Shown: positions 35,795 through 48,665 of the stretch, in pieces
Layout of the letters: each line of letters begins with the position of its first letter
Position numbering within the stretch: position 1 is the stretch's first letter
Source of the DNA: Lama guanicoe
Taxonomy: Eukaryota
Direction: 5' to 3'
Length of the DNA stretch: 64,000 nucleotides
Assembly (NCBI GenBank): GCA_013239625.1
Contig: MU056303.1
Location: 7,248,049 to 7,312,048 of the forward strand
Program-made: the position numbers and the translations under genes
Notes under the pieces: generated by a model
What the model saw: the letters and a program-made list of their open reading frames with translations, nothing else
Told to the model about the DNA's origin: nothing
Database searches by the model: none

Positions 35795-36133
35795 AATATC
35801 ACAACAGGCAATGCAGAAGAGACGAGAACCCAGCTGCTTTCTACTAAACCAGATATTAAAGAGATCTTCATAAATTTAAACAATGCCACTATTCTTATTA
35901 AATTTTGGGTTATGGAACAGTTACTTTTTGTTTAACAAAGTTAACTTACGTTAAAATGTAATAGGTTTATTATTGTTGAATGAATGAATACATATTTTTG
36001 AATGTTTCCAGTTTTAATTTCTAATATAGTAAATGTCAAAATATATAACCCACATAAATAGAAGATCTTTGGGGTCCCTAATAGTTTTTAAGAGTGTAAA
36101 GGAGTACTGAGGCCAAAAAGTTTGAGAACTGAT
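35795..36133 (+). mobile_element. Charlie1-type hAT DNA transposon terminal fragment
   Basis: AATGCAGAAG...CCAGCTG...ATTAAAGAGAT...TAACCCACATAAA...TTTGGGGTCC...CCAAAAAGTTTGAGAAC matches the recalled Charlie1 end. Confidence 0.8.
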
Positions 36134-36623
36134 ATTTTACTTATTTCAGAAATGTTTACTGTGAGATACTTCAGAGTACATAAGCTTACATACAAATATA
36201 TAACCTTTAATGAAAAGTGCAAGATACATTCCCAGAATTAGAAAAATATACAAATTTTTAGACAAAAATAAATGATTACGAACTGTACTTGATACAGTAG
36301 ATGAATACGATATGCTAAGTTCTGTTCTGAGCTTTAGCAACGATTCCTTGTGTAACGACAGCAGGTCACCAGATCTTTGACTATACACCCCACTCCCTGC
36401 AAACAGAAACTCAAGTGGGCGTGAAGAATGCTGCAGGCTTAACTTGCTCAAAGGAGTAGATACTAGTTATCAAAGTTACCAAGAGCATGTGCACAACGTT
36501 AATATTTAGAGATGCTGGTGAGAGTGACTGGAAAGTAAGTGAGAACACCACACACGTTTCAGGCTGATCAGGCCTAGGGGTCTTCGGCTATCATAACTGC
36601 CATAGGAGTTGTTGTTGTTGTTG

Positions 36624-36727
36624 AATATGGAACGCTTCACGAATCTGCATGTCATCCTTGCGCAAGGGCCATGTTAATCTTCTCTGTCTTGCTCCAACTT
36701 AAGCGTATGTGCTGCTGAAGTGAGCAC
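36624..36727 (-). pseudogene. Retroposed U6 snRNA pseudogene in BNIP3L intron 2
   Basis: Reverse complement reads GTGCTCACTTCAGCAGCACATAC...ACAGAGAAGATTAACATGGCCCTTGCGCAAGGATGACATGCAGATTCGTGAAGCGTTCCATATT, a full-length U6 with many substitutions. Followed by a (CAA)n tail. Confidence 0.93.
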
Positions 36728-39164
36728 CTGACACACGAGATTCTTAAATGGAGAAGTGAAAAGATGGTTCTGTATCCGACCACCATATTAATATATTTAG
36801 AAAATTTTGTCTTGAACTAGAGATTTCAGGCTATAACACAAAAACCAAGTAGAATCCAGTCCTCAGTTTACTGTCATTACGCTCATGACACTGTTGGGTT
36901 CACAGCCAGAGATCCGGTCAAGGCCCAGCCCCACGGCCACGACCAGGTCAAGGCAGTACAATGACCAAGTTAAGAACCGAGAGAAGCCTGGCTCTACGTC
37001 AACACTCTTCTTACTGCTGGCATCGATCTCACTTAGAAAAATACTCAATGTCTCTCTGGCAGCCTGTTCCTAGCAATGTGACTGCATTAGAGCTACAGCC
37101 CTGGCTCATGGCAAGGAGTTTTTTAAATATTCTCATGTCCTCTACCCTACCCTCAACAACAGAACAAGACTCTCTAGGGATGGAGTCTGTGCACTGATAC
37201 ATTTAAAAGCTCCCTGGCTGAATCTAGTGTGTAGGCTGGAGACTCCCAGCACAGGCTGGAGCACAAAGCAAAGCACAGAGGGGTTACCTGCTAACAGTCA
37301 GCACAGGGAAAAAGACCCACCTAGGGGATAATGTTTAAATTGAAAACATAAATTAGATTTGGGACTAATATCCAACAGCCCTAAAACACTTCTGCCTACG
37401 CGAAACACTTTTAACTTCAAATAGAGAGATGCCGGCAATTCAAATGACGTGAATTTTGAAGGCATTTTCAAAATGCTGAAGCATCAGTCAGATATCCCAG
37501 GAGAGGACTATTGAGCTGGAGCTCTGGGCCTCCTGGGAGAGGTGACCAGTGACCCAGAGCCTGAAGATGCACAAGCAGAGAGCAGGAGAGTGTCCAAAGG
37601 CACCCGCCCACCCTAGAGTCACATGTTTAGAATCCCGACTGAAACATGCTCACGGGGAGGTGAGTTCACATTCAGTCACCAATGTAACTGCGACCGCAAG
37701 TGAGAGAGGAAGAGGAGCAGAGCTTTCCTCTGCTCCACCCCAACAGCAGGTTAAGGACACGCTAGTCCCAGTGATCAAGGGTCGTGTACTTGAACATACA
37801 GGAAAAGCCTTATCAACAGGCCCATTACAAGCAGAAAACTTCAGAAACCCATCAGTGAGTCCCATGATATAAATGTAATGAAGTATCAACTGAAGTCCTA
37901 AACACAGCTCGATGCTGCGGCTACTGGCATCAGCGGCCAGCTGCTCAGAGGAGAGCCATCTGCTCTGCTTCTGCTCATGACAAGAGCCGTCCCTGGATCT
38001 TCAGAAGCACAGGGACAAGTGAGAGATGAGGCAGGGTGGCGGGGGTGCAGGGTGCCACAGGGCCGGCAAACCAGCCCTCTGCTGCTTTTGTAACACCAGT
38101 GGCTCAGAAGTCACGCAGGAACCTGGGACAGGATTTAACTCTCGTTTCTCCTTTTACACTCTTCCTGTTAAGTAAGTAATATTATGTGCTGTCTACAGAA
38201 TTTGTACAAAGGATAAAAATATCATCCCCCAGAGATCATCGCTGTTTACATTTTTCAGTGTTTCCTTAATCTATTTCCTGTGCCTCTGCATTTTCTACGT
38301 GGCTAGCATCAGTTAACTCTTACGTAACCAGCAGATCACCCGGTATCCCATAATGCTACCACTATGGCTGCCACTGGTCTAAGACTCGTTCAATCCACCA
38401 CAGTGTCATTTACTACCTAGTCCTTGGGGAAAAAAAGAGACCTATAATGAAAAATACACTAACAGCTCAGTTTCATTCTGCTCATGCATCTCTCTGTATT
38501 CTTACTCTTTCGCTATAAGCAGTTTTTAAATTAGAAGAATTAGGTTTCTCAAGCCAAACACAGACAAATGAGACCTGATACAAAACTTCCTCTGAGCTCT
38601 AAGGAAACACGACGGTCTCAAAATGAACTCTCCTGACACCCTGGGCTAGTGCTTCCCCTGTGCAAACACTGCTGAACTTGGGTCAACCCGCTGTTCCTAC
38701 GACTCTGACATTCACGGAGCGTCTACTCCACACCAGCACCATCACTGTAAAGGGTGCAAAGGAGACAAAACATGACCCCTGCCTGCCTTTTAAAGCCTCA
38801 CAATCTAGAAGGGAGGACAGATATATACAGAGGTAACTGTATTCAAGGCAGAAAGAGATCTGTGAAAGGACAAAGGAAAATGGGAGAAAGATGAATTCTG
38901 TAAGTAAACATTCACACCGCTGACTTTTACACTGTCCACATCGAAAAACGATACATTCTGAATGAGGAAACTGATTTAATCTAAGGGAAAAGTGGGCCCT
39001 CCTGTCCTTGTCAATTAGCTGTCTGATTTACACACGTGCTGCAGGAAATCAGGAGTTATATTTTGTCAAATGAAGATGGAAGCAACTGATTTTTTTTTCT
39101 AATGGGAATGAACCTTGTAACTCACCTATTTCCTGAAATCTACCAAAACAAGGATCTCACTTAC

Positions 39165-39348
39165 CTGTCACAGTGAGAACTGCCTCTTGAGCTACTCTGT
39201 CCAGATTCATGTTGTGCATCCAAGAGGATCTTCTCCATGTCTCCATTGTGGATAGAGGACGAGGAGGGCACGTGTTCTAGCCCCCCGTTTTTCCCATTGC
39301 CATTATCATTGCCATTGCTGCTGTTCATGGGGAGCTCCACCCAGGAAC
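39165..39348 (-). CDS. BNIP3L: BNIP3L coding exon 2 ([12 protein letters not shown]...SSHCD), containing the LIR motif WVEL
   Basis: Translation matches NIX. Acceptor CAG|GTTCC, donor CAG|GTAAGT. 184 nt, phase consistent with exons 1 and 3. Confidence 0.98.
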
Positions 39349-41804
39349 CTGTTGGACAAGTCAGATAACCGCAGTTAACCACAGCAGAACTGAGCTCTCT
39401 CATGTGCACACAAGATGTGAACATGGTGAGTTCAGATAACGATTCTGACTCGCCTCAAAGCAAATGCACGCGTATTCTGAAGAAGATAAACAAGGAGCAG
39501 TAACCGTCTGAAAATCTACATAGTTCTGCCCCTGAAGGAGCTCGTGCCATCAACCAACTTAGGAGAAGCTAGAACTCTAAAACGAGTATCTTAGTGTCTT
39601 TCGGCCAATTTTTCTCTCTGGTTAAAAATCAGCTGATACACAATAAACACTGTACTGAAAACTTACAGGTTGCTTTTCAAAAAATAAACGGCCACTTTAT
39701 TATCAGACAGGCTACTTAGTTACCCTTTAATATTTTAGTTACATATTTTTTCCTATCGTCTACCTTAGCCATTCAGCTGTAACATACCTCTCCATCTGGC
39801 TTAGAGGTATGTTAACACATGAACCCGAATTATCCCAAACCACTGAGAAGCTCCGAGAGAGGGAACTTAAATCCCATCACAAACATTTCGGTGTGTGTGC
39901 AAGTCTGGAGCATGAAAGTCGTGCAGCTGGCTCATAATGCGATCAGGTGAGAACGCTAAACATTCTGAAAAACAGCTTCATCCCTATCCCACAAACTAGT
40001 CTCTTCCCTCCTTTATACCTCGCTCTTCGACTCTTTCTCCTTTCTCTATGCACTAAACGTACCTTGTAAACTCGTCTTTTCTCTCTTCTCTCCCACAGGT
40101 TCCCACTTGCTAGGGTTTTCATTAAGCCTTTGTTGGTTTGGGGGAGAAAACTGTGCATCTGCTATGGGCAACACTGACGTTTTCTCTGGGGATCAGCTGG
40201 AGGGGGTGGAGCCATAGGAATGGGGATGTGGCTCCGTGAGTTTGCTGACTACATGAAGGTACCTTAATTTTAACAAGAATTGGTAACAGTAGCCAATATA
40301 CCAACTTCACAGCAAGAAGAGATGGTGGCATATTTTTTTCATACTTTCCATTCCTTGTAACAAATTTTGTTTTAGAAAATATAACCCAGCAAGTCGGTGG
40401 AGCCATTCCTCTGAACTCCCCGCAGAAGTGTTGGAGAGAGTTCTGTGACTGAACAGTCTTCCATCAGTAAATCAGAACAATCGCCAGCACAGGCTCAAAC
40501 CCTAAAATGCACCCTGCGTGAGGTGATGACTAACGCAGATCCAGAAGTGAACTCAGCACTACCCTTCTACGAAGGAAAAGCTCGAAGGTAGACCTGGCTG
40601 GAAATCTGACTATCCCACTTACCATCTGTCTGACTTTCTGAGCTTCAGTTTCCTCATTTGTAAAACAGAGATGGCAACACAGTACCATCCTGCCAGGGTG
40701 GATTACACAGAGGAACACAGGTAAAGTGCCTGGTAAACAGGAGATGCTCGGTGATAAACTAGTTCAAAGAATTGACATTTACGATGCACACAGAACAGTG
40801 TTTGCTCAATAAAAATCAAGTCACCCCTTCCTTCCATTCCCTCTAAGGTGGTACCAGTGGCTGTCACAGCCCCCCCCATCAGCACGGATGACAGCCCTTT
40901 GGGACTGTACTGCTGGACAACAAACACAACTGCATGACAGCTCCCTGGTCTCGTTCTGTCCACACACACAAACGGACACAGGCTAGACAGAATTCAAAAT
41001 GGATGAGCAAATTCAGCTAGCAAAGCTAAGACAGATCTGACACTAAAGGTCACTGAACTAAACAAACACTTGGAGTGCCTCTGGAGTGTAGAAGAAATAT
41101 ACCAAAAGCATCCCTAAATTTAGAGCTCTGCAAATATTTCACTGAGAAGAGTGACAGAGAGAGAGGTACACGATAAACAAATTGGTTTTTCCTTCCACTC
41201 TTTCTAGGACTATCAAACTTATTTTAAACCATTGGGACCAGCTCTTCTTGTGGACAGAAGACCAATGTGAAAAATAAACAAAACCAAACAAAAGGCCAGA
41301 GCTGCTCTGGCAGAAGCAGAACAAAGGACCAGGAGTTCTAGACTGGGGATCCGTGGAAGCCAGTCTTCCCCGAAGTACAACTGATGTTCACTTGAAGCAG
41401 CTGATCAAAGAGAAAAAAGGCTCTAACAATAATACCAGGTTTCCGAGACCTTGGCTTTTTTTGAAGGACTTCCAAATCCTTATCTAAATTCTACTTTCTG
41501 CATTAAAAATCTGTAAGCAATCATAAGGTAGGATCTTGAGGAGTCACACCTAGAAAAGCTTGGTAAAAGTGACCCCTGTAACTGCCTCAATGCCCTGTAG
41601 AGTAACTGAAAGCATCTCTCCTCAAGGCAGATGCTGTCTATCGGGCATGTGTTAGTGCAGTGCTGTTAAACAGCAGACTGAAGCCAGACTCCCCTGCTAC
41701 CACGTCCAGCTGTCACAGCCCAGACAGGTCACTGAACGTCTCTGTGTCTCAGTTTCCTCATCTGTAAAATAGGGATAGTAATTATATCTACCTGAATGTC
41801 ATCA

Positions 41805-42075
41805 AAAGGTACAAGTGTCCAGGTAGGAGAGAAATTAAGTCCTGGGGATGTAACGTACAGCATGGTGACTACAGCTTATAAACCCTATTGTATATTTGAA
41901 ACAAAAGAGAGTAGGTCTTAAACATTCTCATCATAAGAAAAAAAATCCCTTTGTAACTGTGTGGTGATGCACGTTAACTAGACTTACTGTAGTGATCGTT
42001 TTCAATCATTTCTCGAATCGTTATCTTGTACTAATCTAATGCTATATGTCAATTACATGTCAATTAAAAAAAAAA
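41805..42075 (+). mobile_element. L1MA/MB-type 3' end inserted into a MIR
   Basis: GGGGATGTAACGTACAGCATGGTGACTACAG...TATGTCAATTACATGTCAATTAAAAAAA; the MIR resumes after it. Confidence 0.75.
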
Positions 42076-45000
42076 CGGTTGCCTGCACATGCTTAAAAAA
42101 AGAAAAAAAAAAGTATCTACCTCATAGGATTATTGGGAGGACAACTATAATAAACCACAAAAGATTCCCTAGTACAAGTGCTATGTGTTAGTTACTATTA
42201 TAATTAGACTCCGTATCTTTAAAAAAAGAAACATTCTTACTAAAAACTTAACCATGTTTCTTGAAAATGTAAATATCAGTAAAGCAAACGTGAATACCAC
42301 TCCTCCTAACCTCCCATTCCTACTCCTAAAGGAAACTACTTTTAATAGCTTCATATGTAGCCTTCCAGGGTTTTTTCTCTCTTGTTTTTTCCCCTCCTCA
42401 CCCCCACCCCAGGGTTTTTTCAGTGAAATATAATTCTGTGTTTAGTTTCTGTTTTTACAAAAAAAAAAAAAAAAAGGAATTATACTGCACATATTTTTCT
42501 GTAAAAAGTGTTTCTTACCTAGCAACCTGTTGATGTCTTTCAAGTCAATCTATATTGCTTTACTTCAGTCTTTGGAACCACACTGCATCTCATCGTAAAG
42601 ATATACCATACATTAACCATTATCCAAATGGCAATGGTTAATCATTACCCAAATGATTGTTTCTAATATTTTGTTGTAACAACCAGGACTGGAGAACATT
42701 GTGGAGGGTAATCTGGCAATATCCATTAAAAGCCTTACAAAGGTGGATCTCCTTTAACTCGCAATTGTCTTCCAGAAATACTATCTATGGAAATAAACAG
42801 TGCTGCAGAGAAAGTGAGGACACAGATGTCCATTAAGACTTCACCATACTAGTTTTATCTTCCAAGTAAAATGGAAAAAAAAGCAAACTCGCCTTTCTCA
42901 ATAAACTACACACACCTTTTTCTCAACACCTAGCTCATTCCTGATTTACAGCCTCAGAATTTCTCAATGTTCTAACTCCACCAATCCTCACCAAGTCCCT
43001 TATTATTTGGAAAGGAAACAAGGCAAGATAGGAAGATTGTGCTGTCAGAGCAATACAAAGTAGAAAAAAATTTCAGAGTGAATTCTCTTCCTAATAATGA
43101 AGCTTTAAAATGAAAAACTGGAGGTTCTCTCTCTTGTAGTAAAATACTACTTACAAACTAAAAACTGTTCTCTTACCCCTAGTTGTACATATACACGATT
43201 CATGAGATACTTTCTAGTTTTAAGTGTGAGAATTGCTAAGAGGATTCAGAGATGTCTGCTTCTACTGTCTCTAATGTAGTTCATAGTGACGGCTGGTCCT
43301 GCAATTGTCATTACATTCATGACAGCTGTATTTACTCTTTACAGTTTATAATCACCAGTTCAATCATCTTGCAAGAAGAGGAGTGGGAGAGCTGGTGAGG
43401 GGGGGCGGACAGAAGAGAAGGAAAAAGAGTATTTCACCTCTCATTCTTTCCCTAACTTTTCAAGGTCCCACGAGAAACACATCCTAACTAGAGGTGACAC
43501 ATTTCATTATGTCTTATCTTCTTTCCTCAAAACCTTTATTTTAAGTACCTGATGCTGGAATCTGGACAGAGAACAGTCACTGAGCTTCTTCTAAAACTAC
43601 CAACTGGAAAACAGCCTTTTAACTTTAGAAGTAGTTCAGATACTTGTCCACTAGTTTGTAATGAAAGTGAACAGTCCCCCTACAAGGATAAACTTAAAAA
43701 AAAAAATCAGAGACAGGTTTCATTATTCCAAATATGTCAATTATTTGTTATTATAACTCTGTGTTGACTCCTGAACTAAAGATAAAATCCCAAGCCAGAG
43801 ATAATCTGTACAATGAGTTCATCTCCTGTTTTTCAGAGTTGTGCAACTTTACCCAACAAAGAACTTCAACTTATCAGCAATTTGGACAGTATTAGATGCC
43901 TGAATAAGTTGTTTTGCTCAGTGCCCAAAAATCACTTGAAGGAATCAATAAGGCTTCTTGTTTTGTTCAGTCCAGTGTTGTATAATGAGCTAAAAAAACA
44001 GAGTAAAAGGCAAGAGGAGAGTAATGAAATATGGCACTAAAAGCTTTTCAGTAACATTTAAAAGCTCAAGCTGGCTCCAATAAAATACTTTCTATCCAGT
44101 AGATTTCCCAAAGCAACATTCAGATATCACATACAGGCTGAGTGTTCCTCTAGTTCTGTAAGAGCTAATACAAAATGTAGCAGCAACTGATTGGCCAAGG
44201 ACATTAAATATCTCATAGGTCTGTCAAGACAGGGAGAAAAACCATCACATATAGTTCAATCCCAGTTTTTCTTTTCTTTTTTTTTGGTTATATGGTCAAA
44301 GGACAATAAAAATTCCTTTGCTTTCTGTGAAATCACGTACAGACACTAACCGATTTGCTACCCTGTAAGTATCATAGGAAAACTGGACTACAATTAAGAA
44401 ACAGTATACTAAAAAGAGATAGGCAGGCTACCTCTATCCATTGGGTGGTATAACAATGAGAGATTAAGAAACACACAAAGTCAGGGGACTGTGGGCCACT
44501 GAAAAGAAGTGTCCTGTAAGGAACACTAGATCAGGTGAAAGTAAAACCTCAGCATTAGGACCTAGCCTGCCGTGAACCTGGGCAACACACTTTACTCTAG
44601 ACCTGTTTCTTTACTGGTAGTTAACAGTGGACAGTTATCTCTAAAGTTTCTTTCCATTCTAAAATCACATGCTACTAAAAGAGTATGCTAAAAACAAGTA
44701 AACAATTAAAAATGCATATTAATATATGAAGCAAATAACATTTAAAGACACAGAAATTAATCCTAATTTACTGTGGGAAATAATATATAAATCTTACATT
44801 CTAGAACATAAAACACTTAAAAGTTTTTTAAAAGTCAACATTTAAGGAATTATCCATCAAAAGATGGCACAGTAGCAATAAGCAACGAAAACACCTTAAA
44901 AATACCCAAATTCTACCCTCATCTTGTGAGAGCAGGAACTCTCTTCCCCTAAATAATTTTTAGGCCATGTCGGAACACCTCCCTCTTATGAGAGATATTG

Positions 45001-45549
45001 CAAATGCCTTTAAATGTCATTTAAGCAACCAAATGATTTTTAAATGACTTCATCTGGCCATATGCTAACTGTTCCAACCACCTCTTTCAGGAGATAAATT
45101 ACAGGAAGGTTAGGCAAGAACCTTCCCAAGACTTCAAGCAAGCTTTAAAGACATGTGGGAATAACCTGACGACAAGATGTCTAAGCACCAGAATGTTACG
45201 AAAAGCAACTGTAGTTGGTCGTAATTGGATATTGCCATTAACTTTCAACCGCCCCAGTGTAATCACGTTTCTGAAAATTCATTGCCCCAGACTCCGCGAT
45301 TTGTGCAATCCTGGATGGTTCATGAGGCAGTTCATAATCAGGTTTGCAGAACACACCGTTTAAAAAAAAAAAGCACTTGAGCAACTCTGAAAACATCTCA
45401 AAAAGAAAAAAAAAAGTAGCATAGAGCCTCCTCACCCCCCCGCCCCACGTGATACAAGTAACCACTAAATTACCAAATAATTTTCCTGACCAGCCTGTGG
45501 TAACAAAGGAACGCAACAAGAGGGCTCACATTCAGACCCAGTAAGGGGA

Positions 45550-46600
45550 AGGCCGACCCAGTGAGGTGGGGTCAGCCGGGTCTGGCCCAAACCCCGCCGC
45601 ACACTTGACCACCCGCCCGTCCCTCTGACGCCCCCTCCCCTCAGCCAGCCGCCCGCGTCCATCCCCAGGCGTCCCCGCCGCCCGTCCCCATCCCTGCCCA
45701 CGTCCCCCCGGCGGCCCGCTCCGCCCACCCTCTCTCCCCGCGCCCCAAGGCCCGCCTCTCCACGCCCTGACTGGCTCCACTCCGCGGCCCACCACAGGTG
45801 GGATAGGCTGGACTCCCTCGTCATCCCACCCATCTCCCCTCCTCAACGGCGAACAAAAGCAGCCCCCCACCCGAGACCCCAGGAGGGAGCCGAGACAGGT
45901 CAGGAGGAAGACAGGAGCAACTCCTCCTGACAGGTGACGAGAGTTGTCAGTCATCCGCACATCCTCGGCCTCGACCAATGGGCTGCCTTCTCCTCCCGCC
46001 CCCCGCGCGGAGCTGGCGGCGGCGGCCAGAGCAGCTCCTCCTCCCCCCATCCCCTTCACCGAGCCCGCCGGCCCAGCACTCACTGTTGAGGCCGGCTGGC
46101 GGGGGCAGAGGCTGTTCCCCTTCTTCGCAGTTGTTGTTGTTGTTGTTATGCGGGGGCGGCGGCTGCTCTACTAAATGGGACGACATTGTCGGGCTGCTGG
46201 AAGAGCTGCGGCCGGAGCAGGACTGTCTCCGGTCCTCGGGCAGCAACACAACAAGCCGAGTCCCCCGCCCCCTTTTCTGCGCCTGCGCAGTCCCTCCCCT
46301 GGTCCTGACGTCAGGGCCCGCCCCGGCCACGTGATGACAACACAACAAGCGACGGGGCGGGGCGGGGGCGTGGCCAGGCGAGATGGAGACGTGGAGACGC
46401 GGGAGTCACGCTGACGGGCGCGCCGGGAATGAATCCTTGCGTGTTATTTGCAATGGCCGGGTGGAGTGAGTTATGCGGCTGGAACTGGGGAAGAGGATGC
46501 GGAGAAGTGTGTGACGAGGAAGTGGAAGGCGCCCGGGTGCTGGCACTCGGCTCTCCCACACCCACGGGATCGACGTTGTTCTGTCCAACCCGTGAGCATT
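45550..46600 (-). promoter_or_regulatory. BNIP3L: BNIP3L CpG-island promoter
   Basis: CpG-dense. NRF1-type TGCGCCTGCGCA 46278-46289, full CRE TGACGTCA 46306-46313, GC boxes at 46316-46324 and 46354-46371, E-box CACGTG 46328-46333, HRE core ACGTG 46389-46393. No TATA box. Confidence 0.9.
46084..46186 (-). CDS. BNIP3L: BNIP3L/NIX coding exon 1 (MSSHLVEQPPPPHNNNNNNCEEGEQPLPPPAGLN-S)
   Basis: Translation matches the mammalian NIX N-terminus. ATG at 46186-46184, donor A|GTGAGT at 46083. 103 nt, inside a CpG island. Confidence 0.98.
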
Positions 46601-48279
46601 TCTATTTTAGTATCTGTGAGGACACCTTCTGTAGGAGGTGTCATGGGGACTGACACTAAGGAAGCAAAAGCCCCGGTGCCTCCCCGTCTCAAACCTAGAA
46701 TAAAGCTGGTGGAACAGTGGCACTCCGAACAGGCCAGACTTTTAAACAAAAAAATTAATTATAAACGTAAAATGCAGTCATTGTTAAAAAAAAAGGGGGG
46801 GGGAATTTCAGGAAAACATAGAGAAGAAAATAATTACCCAAATCTCATCACTTAACCTATTTCTGGGACAGGACATGGGAAGCCATCTTCCCTATACGTG
46901 GGTGACAGCAAAGTATGATGTCCCTCAACAGTCCACCTACTTCGTATCTCCATGTCTTTGTCTTTTCCTTGGTCTCATTGATGTGGGCATTTGTTTCTCT
47001 GTCCGTCACTTGTCTTTTAACCTTGACTTACTCTACAGAAGTTAAAATGTTCAGGCAGTCAGATCTATTATTTGTGTATGGCTTGGGAATACCCTCACAC
47101 CAAGATTTTGAATCTATTCCTTACACAATTTTTTCTAATTTTCTTATAGGTTAAATTTTTGCATTTATACCCTTGTTCCATCTGAAATTTATTTTTATAT
47201 AAGTTATTTCATTTCAGTTCTCCCCAACTGACCCAACAATATTTATTAATTTTTGAGTCATCCTTTCCACACTGAAATTGCATCTTTATCACATTCTAAA
47301 TTCCCAATAAAACGTGAGTCCATTTCAAGTTTCTGTACAATAACTCTATTAGATAACTGTTAGAGAAAGTTTCTCTTCATCTGTCATTTAAAAAATTTTC
47401 ATAACTAATTACTCTTCAGATGAATTTTGGAGGATAATTGATATATTTACAAAATTATCTTCCATTCACACTGGTATCTCTCCTTATTCTATTTTCATTA
47501 AACTTTTTTAAGAGGTGTTCTTTAAGAAGGTCTTTAACATTTCTTAATCTTTTCTGAGTTTTGGTGTAATCTTATGCTCATTGCCTGAAAAAGTTAGACC
47601 TTAGAAAGTTTCCTTTTCTATGGTCTTAAATAGATAAAATTGAAGATGTTTTTCTGTTTCCCGTAAGGAAACATCCAGACCTGGTGTTTTTAGGAGGGCC
47701 TACCTCTGTTTCTGTGGGATGTTGCCTTTACTTTTTTCTTTTGTGTTATTTGTCCTCTGTTTTCTCTTAATATTACCTAATAGTTTATCAGTTTTATTGA
47801 CTTTGAACTTAATTCCTTCTTCCTAACTGTATTATTCTTAAATCCTTTTTATCAGCTTAAATGAGATGTCATTCACATACTTTATGGTTAAACCGTTTAA
47901 ACTTCACAATTCAGTGTTTCTGTTATATGCAGAGTTGTCCAACTATCACCACCACGTAATTTTGGACTTTTGTCACCCCAGAGAGCAGCCTTGTGCTCAT
48001 TAGTTATGTCTCATCTTTTCCAGTCTTCTTACACTTGATGTTTATTTCATTCATCCTTTCTTTATTTGGGTATTTAAGAATTTTTCCCTGGTCATAGTCT
48101 GTTTTGTGCTGTTTCTCGCTTGGAGATTTCTCTTAGGTTTTCTTTGAAGCCTAATATATGGTTCCTTTTGGGGACCGTTCCATGAATATTTGAAAAGAAG
48201 GTATAGTTTCTACATTCAGGGCAGCAGATTTGATGTATCTATTGAAACTACATCAATAATAATGTCATTGAAGTTTTAT

Positions 48280-48665
48280 GTTTTTTTTATTGAAGTATAG
48301 GTGATTTACAATGTTGTGTTAGTTTCTGGTATACAGCATAGTGGTTCAGTTATAAATACATATTCTTTTTCATTATAGGTTATCACAAGATATTGAATAT
48401 AGTTCTCTGTGCTATACAGTAGGATCTTGTTGTTTATCTGTTTTATGTATAGTATGTTTATATCTGCTAACCCCAAACTCCCGATTTATTCTTCCCCCAC
48501 CTTTCCCCCTTGGTAACCACAAGTTTGCTTCCTTTGTCTGTGAGTCTGTTTCTGTTTTGTAAATAAGTGCATGTATATCATTTTTTTCAGATTCCACATA
48601 TAAGTGATATCATGTGATATTTGTCTTTCTCTGATTTACTTCGCTAAGTATAATAATCTCTAGGT
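48280..48665 (-). mobile_element. L1 3' end (cetartiodactyl type)
   Basis: TTTTATTGAAGTATAGGTGATTTACAATGTTGTG...GATTCCACATATAAGTGATATCAT. Confidence 0.85.

Noticed and set aside
45947-46348. 133-aa ORF suggesting an N-terminally extended BNIP3L
   Set aside because: It starts at a non-ATG codon inside the promoter motifs and reads through the exon 1 donor; only 46186-46084 matches NIX.
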